A DNA stretch of 61,942 nt, the filler included. It is 4 parts of 4 records of this genome, joined end to end, with 100 filler letters (N's around TTAATTAATTAA, not from the genome) between each part and the next. Parts side by side here need not be neighbours in the genome. Positions count along the whole stretch, not along the records: positions 1 to 22,006 come from DRR378314_242; 3 more parts are not named here. One strand, 5' to 3'. The translations under genes were made by a program, and so were the position numbers. Position 1 is the first letter of the stretch. Each line of letters starts with the position of its first letter. Shown one piece after another: positions 1-12,769 of the stretch. The notes under the pieces were generated by a model. The model did no database searches and was not told where the DNA came from. It saw nothing but the letters and a program-made list of their open reading frames with translations.

Positions 1-725
1 AAAAAAAAAACGTGCACCGAGAAGCACATCGCTCGCCCCAAAGATTGAGCTTACATTGGCACACCAATCGACCGTGATTTGTAAATAGCAGAAACGCTGA
101 CCAGAGATCGAAGAGAACCCGGCAAACTTTGTCGTGTCAGCTGGAATATATTGCAAAAAAGACGAGCCACTGCGAGAAACGGGGAGAACGGCAACTGGCA
201 GCTTGGCCATGCAAGCGAGCAGCAGGACCCTGGGGTCGGCGAGGCCGGCTTGGGATCTCTAATTAGCGTACAATCGCTCGCACGCCGACCTAACAGTCGA
301 ATAAACCGATCATAAACGTGATGAGATAGCTGCGACACAAATACAAGAGACGCGCATGCACAACCTTTTGCTCGGCACTGTGCAAGATCCTCTGCACAAT
401 AGCGGGACGTTGACGAATAAAAGCGGACAGCATTCACAGCAGCGCATAGCAAGCAGTTGCGTGACGCGCCAGACTTCCTTCGCCTATGCAGGTGAGTGCC
501 AACACGTGCACATGCCATGGTTTCGCAAGAAAGTGAATTTACTTGTAGGAGGCAAACGGCAAAGGCGCAAGACGGAAACTTACGCTCGAAAGCGGCTTGT
601 GAGGTTGAGCGGCGCGCTCCTGCTCCAGCTTCTCACTGGAACGTAACAAGTAGCACCATAGTTCCACGCAGAGGCGTTGCTGAGCCGAAGGTACACGGCA
701 ACCCATTGGCTTGACCGAATCTTAC

Positions 726-3700
726 CCTCTTTTCGCAGTGAGATGAGCTGTGTAAGAGCAGTGCAGTCACTAACAAAGACAGACCACTCAACAAAGCAGA
801 GGAGTCTACGTACACCCAATACTCTGCAAAGGGTTTCGCAAAAGACGATAAACTGTACCACGCGGCACCTGCACGCTGCTGCTATCAGAAGCTGCATTCC
901 TGGGCCCAGTCAGATCGCCCCCGTGATTCATAGAGCACACGATACGCAGTAAATGAATCGTCGGCCACAAGTGACACTAAGAACCGCAAGCTGGGCCACG
1001 ATCAGGCCCACTGTCCTCCGCCCTCCGCAAGACGCCCGTACCTAGCCTGGGCGATGTACGCCGCATCGTAGCTTGCCAGCAAGGACAGAGTTAGGAATGC
1101 AAGCATCGACTCCGCCGGTTTTACTGCAATCGTGTCCAAAACGTCCGCCTTGCTTTCATCCAGCCAGCGCTAGCACCAAATACCATCATATTGAACATTT
1201 GCACCAACGCAAAAACGAGCAGTGAGCCAAGATACGGAAGAACAATGCGAGATGCACGACGCCCGGGGCGTGCTCTCCGCAATGCTTAGGACGTGAGAGG
1301 CATTTGCGGACTCGACGGATGGGCCAAACGTGGGTTTGTGCGTACCACGCCAACAAAGAAGAAGAGCTTACAAATATGCACTTCTCGATTGACGCAATAT
1401 AGATGCCATCCAATCCATGGATAATCTCGTTTGACAGATGAAGTGCCCTCCTGGCGCCAAACTTGGGAGCTTCGGTAGGCACTGGCCATTCGCATCGTCA
1501 CACGACGAGGTGGAGGGAGCCAACGTATCCATTCCAGAGACAAGATGCACCTCGCTGACTGCTCGCAAATACGCGCGCTACATGTCGAGCTGATCCGATT
1601 TATACCAAAGCCCCGACCGGCACAAAAAGCGTGGCAAGGGGAACGCCTTCGATCGTGGCAACGTACTGCAATATACCGAATCTCCGCAGAGCAGCGGTGA
1701 CCCTCAAATGTCGCAGCAATCTCTGTGTATAGCCTCTTCGGACTCGAAACAATCGATGCGCCCTGCAGAGTAGAGCAGGAGCCCGGAGCACGTCCGCAAT
1801 GATCCAAAAAGTAAATTCAAAGAGATATATACGACGAAATGTGATACATGTTGACTCGACCCGACATCAGATACGTGCGCGCATACATGGCTGCGAGAGC
1901 GCGGCGAAGGGACACGACACGAGCGGCGTGTGCTGCACCGACGCACTGCAAGTTCGATAAACGCGACAGCAACGCGGCCTCGCTGCGCAGGGCAGCTGGT
2001 TTCGCCGCACCCTCTGCAAATAGCAGTGCAATCTACAGCAGTAAGCACGCTACATATAATCATAATATCTTATGTTCAGTTTATCACATTAGAGATGTGC
2101 CATGACGGCCAAGCAAAGGAGAAGAAGAAGAATACCTTGCTTTCAAACAAATGCTTCACTCCACAAACAAACACATCGGCGACGCTGGCAGCGGAGAAGA
2201 AGCGGTCGTCGTCGTCCGCCATGGGAGGTGGGCCACTACAGCACAGGAATAAGACAGTTGAACAAGGTAGCGCCAGGACCAACATGTTCTGTAAGCGCGC
2301 AAGACCAGAAAATCAGTTGTAGCAACGAGCTCGCAAGTGGAGCGGATCAAAAGGGCGGAAGCACTTCCACTCCGCCGTGGCACCAGGTGGCACAAGCTCG
2401 GGAAAGAGCGCTCCAGAGCGAGAGACACAGCGGCAGCATGTGCGAGCGTCCTGCCTTGGGATCCCTTCTCCGAGAACGTCGCACAGCACGCACCTAACAG
2501 CAGCTGAAATGGAGTTTCCTGCGCTCGGAGAAGTTTCTGCACGCTGCCGTGTAGGTACGGGCGGCCTGGCAGGAGGAGAAGCACGCGGTGTCGCACCAGC
2601 TTCTTCCTGGAACGAGGCGATACAGGAACCGCAGGTCAGCGCGTTGCATTTCCATTCGCAACACAGCTCAGTCCTGATTCAGTTCCAACAGCAGTCGTTC
2701 TCGCACAGCCCGCGCACACAAATATTATGAAACCAAAACTTGCCGCAAATTTCCAGCAAAAAATGGCAGCAGGTGCGGCGTACGGATGCTTTAGGCCGAA
2801 GTATTCCGTTGCATAGTACACGCGGAGAGCGCAGCAGCTACAAGCGAACGGCAGCGAGCCGTTTCCGTGTGCTCGTGCGGCGCTCGCACGCGCTGGCGTT
2901 CGCCACGAGGCGAATTGATAACTCGATATTTACAACATTGTATATTCCCGTATGTATGCCTATATTTTTGAAGGGTGGGTATAGATAGCGGGTACGAGGT
3001 CGCAGCGCTGTTGTTCGGCACAGCCAATAAGGCAGACACAGGGTCCCGACCAGAAGCAGCGCTTTGGGAGTGTTCTGGCGTCACATCCCGTGAGCAGAGC
3101 CAAGCAGAGGACACACAGAAGAAAGACCTGCCGCGTTTCGCTAGCATACGATATTATCACGACTTCTGCTGCAACACTATATAGAAGTGGCATCTTCGTA
3201 CGATGCGATTCGTGCCGGAAAAAGATGCAGGACTGCGCGCGTCGCGCGTTAGCCTGTTGGACCATTGTCCTTACGCTTCTCTGAATACGTCCCCAGCGAG
3301 CAACTGTGCTAGCAACAGGCGGAGCCACACGGCCACGTTCTCCTCCGCGTGCCAATAACCCGCTCTTTTGTCTTGTGAGCGATCTCTTCGTTACTGTACG
3401 TGAGTTCGCGATTCACATACCGGACAATAGTCATATACCGCCTCGATGGAAGCAGGCTCGAAATCGCTGAGGGTCATGGCCAGGGTGCCCGGCGAAAGCA
3501 GCACCTCGGTCGATACCAGAAAAGAAGCACGTTGCTGTCAACGGCCGTCATTGTGTCGTGGATGTGGCGCAGCCATCCGCCCCTGTATTTCCCCGACACG
3601 CCCCAAACATGCGTCATGCCCCAGTGATGGTGCGAAACCGGACCGCAACCCTACTCCCAACCCGATAAGCAGAATGCAACTTACTCGCCTGCGCCTGCTG

Positions 3701-3736
3701 TCCGCAGTCGCCCTGTTGCAGACGCGCCCGCAGCAT
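726..3736 (-). CDS. Hypothetical multi-exon protein; both ends uncertain, may continue toward position 1
   Basis: Phase-compatible GT-AG exons: 2494-2606 (EEAGATPRASPP...), 2136-2235 (GPPPMADDDDRFFSAASVADVFVCGVKHLFESK), 1677-1762, ~1371-1450 (RALHLSNEIIHGLDGIYIASIEKCIF), ~1023-1169 (RWLDESKADVLDTIAVKPAESMLAFLTLSLL...), ~726-820. Possible first exon at ATG 3736. No family recognised. Confidence 0.5.
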
Positions 3737-3892
3737 CACCGAGCTCGAGTTTTGCGTTGGAGGGTTCGTATTATGCAAACACAAGCAACGATTGGTCTTG
3801 AACAGAATTTGCAGAAACTTTGTTTCGCACAGAGGTATACATCACGACGAGGCACGCACAAACACTGTGACGACACGGTCTGCGGAACGCCC

Positions 3893-6800
3893 TCACTGTC
3901 CTTTCCGTACTTTTTGGATTCGGCTGTACATGGTTGACGGAGCGATCTGCACGCCACGTATGCACAGAGAAACCATTGATCGTCGCATAAACGACACAAA
4001 AGTGACATTACAATGCATTCTGGGGATGTAAGAGCTAATACAGGGAGTATACTTCACGGGAACACCATTTTCTGAACATTCTTTGCGACAGATAGGGGGG
4101 AATGGGGGTACGCTCCAGACCGGCAGGGCCCGTCTGGAGAGGGCGAGTCTTGCCGTGCAAACAAAACGTCGTACCCGCTCAAAGATACCACAGTCCTCTG
4201 GCTGGATTCCGTATCCCCGTGGTACTTTACCACCTAATATAGCACATATACTTCGCGCAAGGTCGTCTGATTGCGGTGGCATGGCGGAGTTTCGATACTT
4301 GACGCGCTGGTCGTAGTACTGCAGACCAAGCGTGCACGTAGAAAACCAGTCAGATACACAGCAGGGAGAATGGCGGCTCGCTCACCCAAGAAGCGAGGGA
4401 TATCGGTAAGAATACCCACGGCAGACAAACCGACTTTCATTGCATTACGGTGGTTGAAACCGGTCAGATTCTTCGCTGTGCTCCCTTGGTGAACGTAGAG
4501 GCGTCTAACTCACGCTCTCGCTGGCGAGAGGGTGCTGGTTCTCTGCGCTACGCTGCGCTACGCTGCGCTATCGCAATCATTGGCATCGGCGATGCTCCTT
4601 CCGATTCCCGCGCGCAGCAACCCCATTCGTACACCAAACCTTGCATTTTCTCCGCTTACCTTTCGCAACAGCCTGGCTAGCGCAGCTCGATCGAAAGCAG
4701 GTGGATCAACTAAACGCAGCACGTCCTGAACGAGACCTTCTTTGACATGACGGTCCACGGAGGTATCTCGAGCCAGCGAAGGGGAGGAGTTCACCTGCGC
4801 AACGTGCAAATGTGGGCGATAGCAACGCAGCGTAAACGGAACGGTTGCTCCGGTTGCAACCACATTTGTACAACAAAAACCATGCATACTATGGACTGTC
4901 TTTGTTTTCGTATCGACTCCTGTCAGAATGCACGAGAGAGTGTCCAACGCGCGCGCTCTTTCTACCCGGCGAAATGGCAGCATCCTTGTAGTGGCAATGA
5001 CAGGGCAAAGCGCACAGAGTTGACCATGCGCCAGTGCGTGCATATTCTATACCTATTCTGCCAGGCTATCGTTATCGCACCTCAATCAACCATGGTCGTA
5101 GGTTCTCATCAATTAGGATATCGTATCCAAAAAGTTCGAAGCAGTTTGGATGATTTCGAATGATTCCATCAACGCAGTATAGGGACTTGAGGATTACGTT
5201 CTGTATGGCTCCCCACATTTTCTGTCACGAAATGTTACCGCATCAATAAACGAGATTCAATCCATCATCCACCGGACTACAAGCTCCCAAGTGCTCCGTC
5301 GCTGACTCTCGTTGTCACAGTTTTAGTAAGAATCCCCATCACAAAGCGAAATGAGCCCGGTATCAATATTTTTGTTTCAGCAAGACCCGACGCACCTGCC
5401 AATTTATCCCCAGATGGTTGCATCTCTCGCGGATAAACTCTAGCGATTTCTTGAAATTCTCTCCGGAAGAGTGCGCCCTACGCAACAAAGTATACAGGGG
5501 GGAGAAATTTCATATCAGACGGTTGCAATCAGTCGGAGTAAATCCTGTGTAGGCTCAGGGAAACGATTCAAACGCATTTCATCTCTGGAAGTGGCGACAA
5601 TACGATAGGTGATGCGGGGGGGGATATCACATCCCGTTTGACACAGCGCCACGCGAACATGCGAGGGGCGCGTCGGCGGAGGGGGGCGGCGGTAGGCAGT
5701 ATCAATCAGGCGTAGACAGGAAGCGAATGAGACTGCGAATGCAATAGCAGAGTGCGCGGTTTGTGGCATTCCAGCGTGCTTTGCGCCTCGTACCATGCGC
5801 TGCTTTTTTGCTGCAGCGATGTATTCGTCAGATGTACCATTCGATCCCCAAATGACGCTTCCGCAGTCGTGTACTTTTGGGAACACATTCGAACGAGTCC
5901 ATCCCGATATAAAAACGCCTGCAAGTACACCGCCGTTCCCATGTCGCGTTCGTTTCGCTCTGTTGTGTTGAGCTTCGCCGACGCAGCGCCTATGAGTAGG
6001 GGTTAGGTTCCAACCAAGACAGATGTCGCGCTAGGCATAGGTTTCGCGGAGTCTCTTGGCTGCACGACACGCTGAAGGGCCAAAACTGCTCAGTTTCATT
6101 AAAATACAGACCGATCCGGCTTTCCGAAATAAGCATTGCTTTTGTGAATTGTAGTTGTAGATGGGTCTGGTGTCATGCGCAGAGCAAATCGTCGCTGTCT
6201 GCAAAGCTGCTTCGGGGGCTGCCAATCGTCCGTTGTTGCTTACCTCGAGGGGATCAAATGATGTTACGAGCACATACAGACGAAGGTCGAATTTGTACCC
6301 GTCAAGAAGAAGCGGTCTGGATATATACCGCTGAATGACGGTGCTTTCACTGTAGCACACCTGCAGGAGCGGTACCGGGGGTTCGAGGCAGTTGCACGAG
6401 CTGAGTTCCTGAGCGAGCGATGCGCCGCACGTCCCGCTCCTCTATGCAACAGCGCATCAAAAATTTATTTTCCTGGAATTATCGCCAAAAGTATTGAATA
6501 GTTCCCTAACTTGAAGAAACCCCTTTTCTACCTGTGTCAGCTTATTGTAATAGTCCGGGTCCACGCGTGGTCGTGTATGGCGTACATGCGGAATTCAGGT
6601 TATAAAATGTGTGAGATCATTGCTGCCTGTAAAGGTATGGAGCGTACCTGAGACAAATCTCCGACGACACTGATACCTCGTCCGCGCGACGAGCCGCTTG
6701 GCTTTAGAATCCACAAGTTTGGACCCCAATTCTCGTCTTGCTCGGCGGCCTGTGTTATTCAATCGCCAGGTGCACGTGGATAAATTGCTGTGATACACAG

Positions 6801-9800
6801 AGGCTTAGGAAAGTGACGAGAAGAGAGCGAAGTCGTACGCGCGCAGAAGGGTACGGGCTGGCCACAACTCCCATAAGTATGGCGAGATGCTTCTTTTCTG
6901 CGCACAGAAGCACTTGCCCATGACGCCCAGCAAAATTGCGAGCTTCGCCAGCGCGCTGCTGTTTTCCGTTTCTTTCTCTGCATATATGTTTTGGTTTTGC
7001 AATATGGGATGTACACCAGCGCAGTTTGATATTCTGTGGCTAGTGTGTGTGCGATTGCCGTGGAACTTGAGTTCGACGCAGAGCAGCTGCCGCGCCAAAC
7101 GATCTGCGCACCTGGAATGCATGCGAGAATGGGACATACTCGGTGGGGAGGCTGTATGTTTCTGGCAATATGTCGAAAAACTTTCCAACACGACCTGGCA
7201 TATTCTTGAAGCGGTTTATGTTTCTAAAGCGTTCGTGTGAGAGCGACCAAAGCGCGCAATTGCGCAGAGTGCATTTCAGACGCATGCGAAATAAAGTGAG
7301 TAGCGGGATCGTGGTGGGCCTATGCAATAAGAATCTATTCCATGCGTTTCTCATGGGGCGGGAATGGTGCTCGTACAGCCCCTCTTTCGTATAGTGTTCC
7401 TTTCGCCAAACTACTGACTACTATGTCGTTCTCCAAAACCAGAAAATAAAGAGGGCGACGGCGTCTCGATAACAAGCCAGAGGATCATAAGGAACGCACC
7501 TTTTAAGCAGATCTTTTCGCGAGAGATTCTGGGCTCCGGGAAAATGGTTTACGCGCTGCCACACCAAGAGCGCACCGAAGTCGACACGTGGTTTTCCCCA
7601 TGTCCATAGCATGTTCCAGTAGGAGGACTCGTTCGCAGGGAGTTCGTTCCAAGTGTTCAGCCGGTTGGCTACAGTCCGTACGATTTCTGTTACTTCGGGC
7701 TTAGCTTGTGCCACTTTGAAGCACAGCGACGAAGATGTGATCTCGCCGAACAGTATAGGGGCCGGCCCCGCAGCGTCGCCCGCGTCGGAGTCCGCGTCGA
7801 TATTCGACTCATGTCGAGTACTGCGTGCATCTGATGTGCTGCATTCCCGTTTGGTGCTCATTCGTACATCAAGTTCAATGTCAGGATCTGTGGAAGTAGA
7901 TGTACCACTCGTGCAATGTGCTGTCTCTCGCACGCAGTGCTTTCCGCATCCGCACATCTCCGGGCAAGGATCCTCCGAACTCTTTCGCCGATGTCCGGCG
8001 GCTGATGAGTCCAGAACAATCGAGTCGCGTGCAAGGGTAGACCAGTCCTGTCTCTCAAGACTTGTGCTTTGGTCTTCGGTACTGTCTACGACTATATCTT
8101 GCTTGTCATTCCGAGGCGCACCGCGAGTGCTACCGTCTGCACAAGAAAGCGTCAGGCAGGTGGTGAACTGTTTCGGACGACGCTGGCCCAACTGGCGCTC
8201 ATGGTTCGCCTTGCGGCCAGTCTCGCGAGGGTCAGGACCCGCACACCATTGCTCGAGCCCTTCCACCGTCTTTCGAATTTCGGTTAGTACATCCCTACGC
8301 GTGTCATCGCGAGTATTTGCTGTGAACAAGTCTTCAACACATTTATACAGCTGCTTAAAAGTGCTTTCAGTGACCGACAGCGGGCGCGGCGCGGGCTCTT
8401 TCGCTTGCTGACGAGGGAACCGCGGCACGGGTGGCTTCCTGACGGGCTCTTCCGCGCGAGCGCCGTCGCCTTCTGGAGCGCGCGTTCCGCGGGTGCTGAA
8501 AAGCGCATCCTTATCACCATCTTCGCTTTCGTTGTGTTCGAATGCCATTGCGGAATAGCTCTGACGTGATCGGCGGAAGTCAGGCTCGCGCGTTGAGGAA
8601 AGCGCGACCCCAAGTCTAGTGAGGTTCTCGTTTCGAACTGGCAGTTCTCGCGGCTTGGGCTGTCCGGTAAGCGACTCCCAGGCGCCGTGCTCGTGCGCTG
8701 TTCCGTCAGTTTCTCTGACAATATTCTCTGCGAGGGTAAATCCACCATCTGTGAACTGATCTGACCATCGGCGTTGATGAACGAGTGGTTCAGGAGAAGG
8801 ATGACTTGAGCATGTCGCGCGGCCTTCTATGCGCCGCATCTCCAGGTTGCTCTTTCCGACATTGCCTGGCAGAGCATCATATTGGCCGCCTTGCAAGAAC
8901 TCGTGGATGAGCGTTTCCGACGGCGGAGCGTTTTCGTCCACGGGAGTATATCTGCCGTCGAAGCACTTTCTTTCCTCGTATTTACTCCGTCGTGCGATAC
9001 AATCATTCCCAAGAGCTGCCTCTGGCTGCGCATCCATGCCGTGGGCGTTCTCCTGTGATACGGCGACCGAGTTCGTATGCGTAGAGGAAGTCCGCTCTAC
9101 TTGTGTCGTATCTGTGGCATCTTCCATTTGCACGGGCAAGTCTTCACAGCCTTGTGAAGCTGATGCTGCGATACGTGGCGCTGCTTCTTCCGCTATTGAA
9201 AGATTCACCCCGTTTGAGGTTGCCGTGGGTAGGCGCTCATTGATTTGCTGTCCCGGGAAGTGGGTTCCAGATTCGGTTGCGGTGTCGGAGGGGAGCACTG
9301 AGTTTTCTCCGCTTGCAACGCCGAGGCCGCGCTGGCACGACGGGGACCCGTCTCCGCAGGAAGCGACTTCATCTCCTTCGTTTGTGCTGCTTTCGTTCAA
9401 AGGGAATGAAGAAAAACGCTGTGCTGGTTCTGAGGACGCTGGTAAATTCTCCTGCATTCCTTCTGGGCCAGCGTGATGGCAGGGCAGTTCTTCTGAGTGT
9501 GCATTACCGCTCTGTTCCGCTGTCCCCGCTCCCTGGAGGTTCTGGCGCTTGTCCGCTTGTATATCGTCACCTAGTAATACTGGCGGTGTTTGTGCGTACG
9601 GAGGACCCACGCTGACGAAATCCTCGCATTGTGGTTCTGATGGAACATTTGTTGCAGTTATCCTGCTAGCACGATTGTCAGAGCTCGTGCTCGGTCTGTG
9701 GGAGGTTCCAGGTGTTTGCATTCGCTCTGGTGCTGCAGCGCCTTCCTTTCCTGCATCGCTCTCTTGTTGCCCTTGTGCGCCTGCGGAGGCGGGTTTCGGC

Positions 9801-11523
9801 ACAGTTGCTTCCCGTGCATCAGCATCACGGTCAATCGAGTTCGATGTTGGCTCCAATCCCGTTGAACTGTCGGAGTTCCCTTTCGCTTGTGGCAAGGGCT
9901 CCGTCTCAGCCGTTGAAGGATGTTGTCGTGTACTTTCCGGACATCCTTGCCTCGTTCTGCGAGCCCTGTCCGTTCCGGCTGCCTTTCTTTCTGGAGTTGA
10001 ATGCTCGGCGCGGCTCGATTTCTGGCGAACGATTTTGCGTCTTGTCCCATGAATCAGTCGAGCTTGTTTTTGACGCAGAATGCGTTCGTCGTTTTCGAAT
10101 TTTTCTCGGAGCGCAGCACGAAAGTCTCCGGGCGTGAGCGTCGATTGAGTTTGGACCTGATTGATTGCGGCTTCCGTTTCTTGGTCGTCAGCTACTGCGG
10201 AGTCCGATGACTTCTCAGTTTCTCTTTCATCACCGTCTGATGTTGTTCCAGTTGTTGCAAATACGGCTCGACGAGCTCTCGTGCTCCTCAGTAATGCGTT
10301 GCTCGTCAAAGGCGGGTGAGGAGAGGGAATTTTGCGGCATTCAACTTCGTTTCTAGCTGGGATGTCGACGGGGGACCCGTGATTGCCGCTAAGGGGTTCG
10401 CGCAATAGTGAAAGCAGTCGGAAACGTACAAGTCAGCAGTGCCATCTTGCTGTGCTATGAGGCTGTGCACCGATGTTCAACTCTTGTATGCAATGGCCAT
10501 GATATGCCATTGCGCACTCATTCACGCGTAATTGTCTTTTGTTCACTCTCTCGCTCCTTTGGCGCGGCTTTCAGCGTACTGCTGCTTGCGTGCCGTACCT
10601 CGCCCATCCCGGCGCGCGCAACGCGCACCTTTGCTTCTTGCCAATGTGCACCGCAGGGAGCTCACGAATTGCCGCGACAACATACCCAGGTGCAGCTTGC
10701 ATCAGGATTTGGATTTCGTCGGTCATTTCTCTCTCGTCAAGTTCCTCTCGTATTCGCCCAAGCTCGGCTTTGAGTTTGTTTGCGAGTTCATGGTTGTGAG
10801 GGGAATCAGACGCTGTGCTGCTGATGCGGTCACGGAGCGCCCTTTCGCGGTGGCGAAGTGCGTGTACGGGGACCTGTTGCCAGTTATGGAAATGCAGCAT
10901 CCAGTGTCCGTATGTTACTACAACCAAGCTTATCGCATACACAGGTAGCTACTGATAGGTGGCCGGAGACGAAGTTGACGGCGCGCCGTACCGCCCACCC
11001 GAGCAAACTACCGCTCGGTTTTCTGCAGGACCCAGTGGCAGAGTAGCCCCTTGTTGCGTACGCCGTTGCTCTCAAAGTTATGTGCTGCCGCACATCTCTC
11101 TTTACACGGAATATTGATGTCACCTATTATTGATTTTATAAGCGCAATACTCGCTGATCCTACGGGTGTATAGATCGACATACTTATGAGAAATATCAGG
11201 AACCTGGCCGGCCAAGCACGGTACGCGCACCCATCGCACACGAAATGCGCTTCGCATCTCCGCATTAGGAGGACCTTGACCTGAAGCATCTGATGTTTTC
11301 GAGATTGCAGACCGCTACTAACTTAAGATGTTGCGATCACTGATTTCTGTATGGCTGGTGCGTCTCAGTATATCTGCTCATCGATTCTTACCTCGTATAT
11401 GCTAGAAGGGTCGCGAAGCGGGGCGATTTCCGCTGGTGTAGCACACCACTCGCTCAGACTGTAGCCTGCCTCTCCAGTGCAGATCCCGTTTCCCGCCGAT
11501 ATGCAATCTACTTGCGTACTCAT
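3893..11523 (-). CDS. Tubulin-tyrosine-ligase-like (TTLL) tubulin glutamylase-family enzyme with a very long disordered N-terminal region
   Basis: Spliced motifs in canonical order: [116 protein letters not shown]. Putative ATG 11523, giant exon 7500-10388, last exon 3893-3946 ending TGA. The 5' exons and the subfamily are less certain. Confidence 0.9.
4543..4570. repeat. Short tandem repeat (CTGCGCTACG) x~3, intronic
   Basis: ctgcgctacg ctgcgctacg ctgcgcta seen directly. Confidence 0.7.
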
Positions 11524-12769
11524 GAGATGTGCTTCGGCACCTCCTTCGGGAGAGCATGCGGTTCGGTTAGGTACGCTAGAGGGAGAAAAGAACGGAGATT
11601 CGCGCACTCGCGAGTGAAAGAGCCGTCCGGACGTGGGTTTGGTTTTGTGAAGCGGCACTGCTGATGATTGAACTTCCGGCCTTTCTTTTTCGGTGCACGT
11701 CAGCACAAGACGACAGCGTGCGTCGCCGTGACGTTAGGCGGGCTCTTTGTTCGCTGCAGCATTAGCGCGTGCGGTGCGCAGCGTGTTCGCGAAAACCCAC
11801 CGCGCACGAGGGCTGAGACAATGCGTGTGCGCGAACGATGGGCGCGCAGGCAGGTTGCGCATCAGCTTTGCGGCCATCATCTCCTATCTATCCCCGCTAT
11901 TTTTCTGTTTCAGGACAATTTCCACAAAAAAATGTATCTGTAGGTATCTTCTATGTGTGTTGTGGATTCTCTCTCGTACGCGGAAACGCTGAAGGCGCCA
12001 CTGTCCGGCTGTGGCTAGGGTGGAGATTGGGGCACATCGTTCACAGCTTCTCGCGTGTGCAATATGCGCACTCGTATGCACTCATTCTCGCGCCTGCCGC
12101 TGCCGTACAGCACCAATCACTGGTATCGACTCTTTTTTTTGTTGAAATGAGGACCGTCAGGGCTTTTCTCATTCTGCGGCAGCAGACTGCGGTGAATCGA
12201 GCAAGGTACTATCGGTGGCCTCGGTGATTGCAGCACTGCAAGCTAGCGATCAGACGTGTGCGACTTGTGCTGCACCAAAGACTTCGCACGGCGTGCCTCA
12301 TTCCTGACCTATTCAGGAACTCCTCTGTTGCCACACACCGGCTGTGGCTGCTCTGTATCTTTATAAAATGATCGGCACGGTGCGTTGTTGAAAATACGTG
12401 ATTTCTGCTGGCGATGGATGGATGGGTCTGTGGCGGACGAGTCGAACGTCGCAAGCGCAGACGGCGAGCGCTCGCAGCAGCGGCGGAAAGGGCCCAGTTC
12501 TCGCTTCACAATGTAGGGGTAGGGTATCTTCATTTGCTGATTCCTCTCCAAGCAACGATGCTCGGTTTGCACTGTCCAGCACCGCGTCTGCCGCGCCGTC
12601 GGGACAGTGGTGCTTCCGTTCTACTTCACGCCGGGACCTTTGTGTGAACGAACGCCGAGCGGGAAGCGCCCTTTATATCCGCATTGATATTTGACTTCCG
12701 TGTTGCGCGTGCCGAAATCACTGGAGCCCACATAACGCGGGAAAAGGTGTTGGGCCGGAGCCGATCGAC

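Noticed and set aside
3947..4174. Stop-free 228-nt (3n) last intron of TTLL as a regulated retained intron
   Set aside because: Stop-free 3n introns are expected by chance in GC-rich sequence, and there is no supporting evidence.
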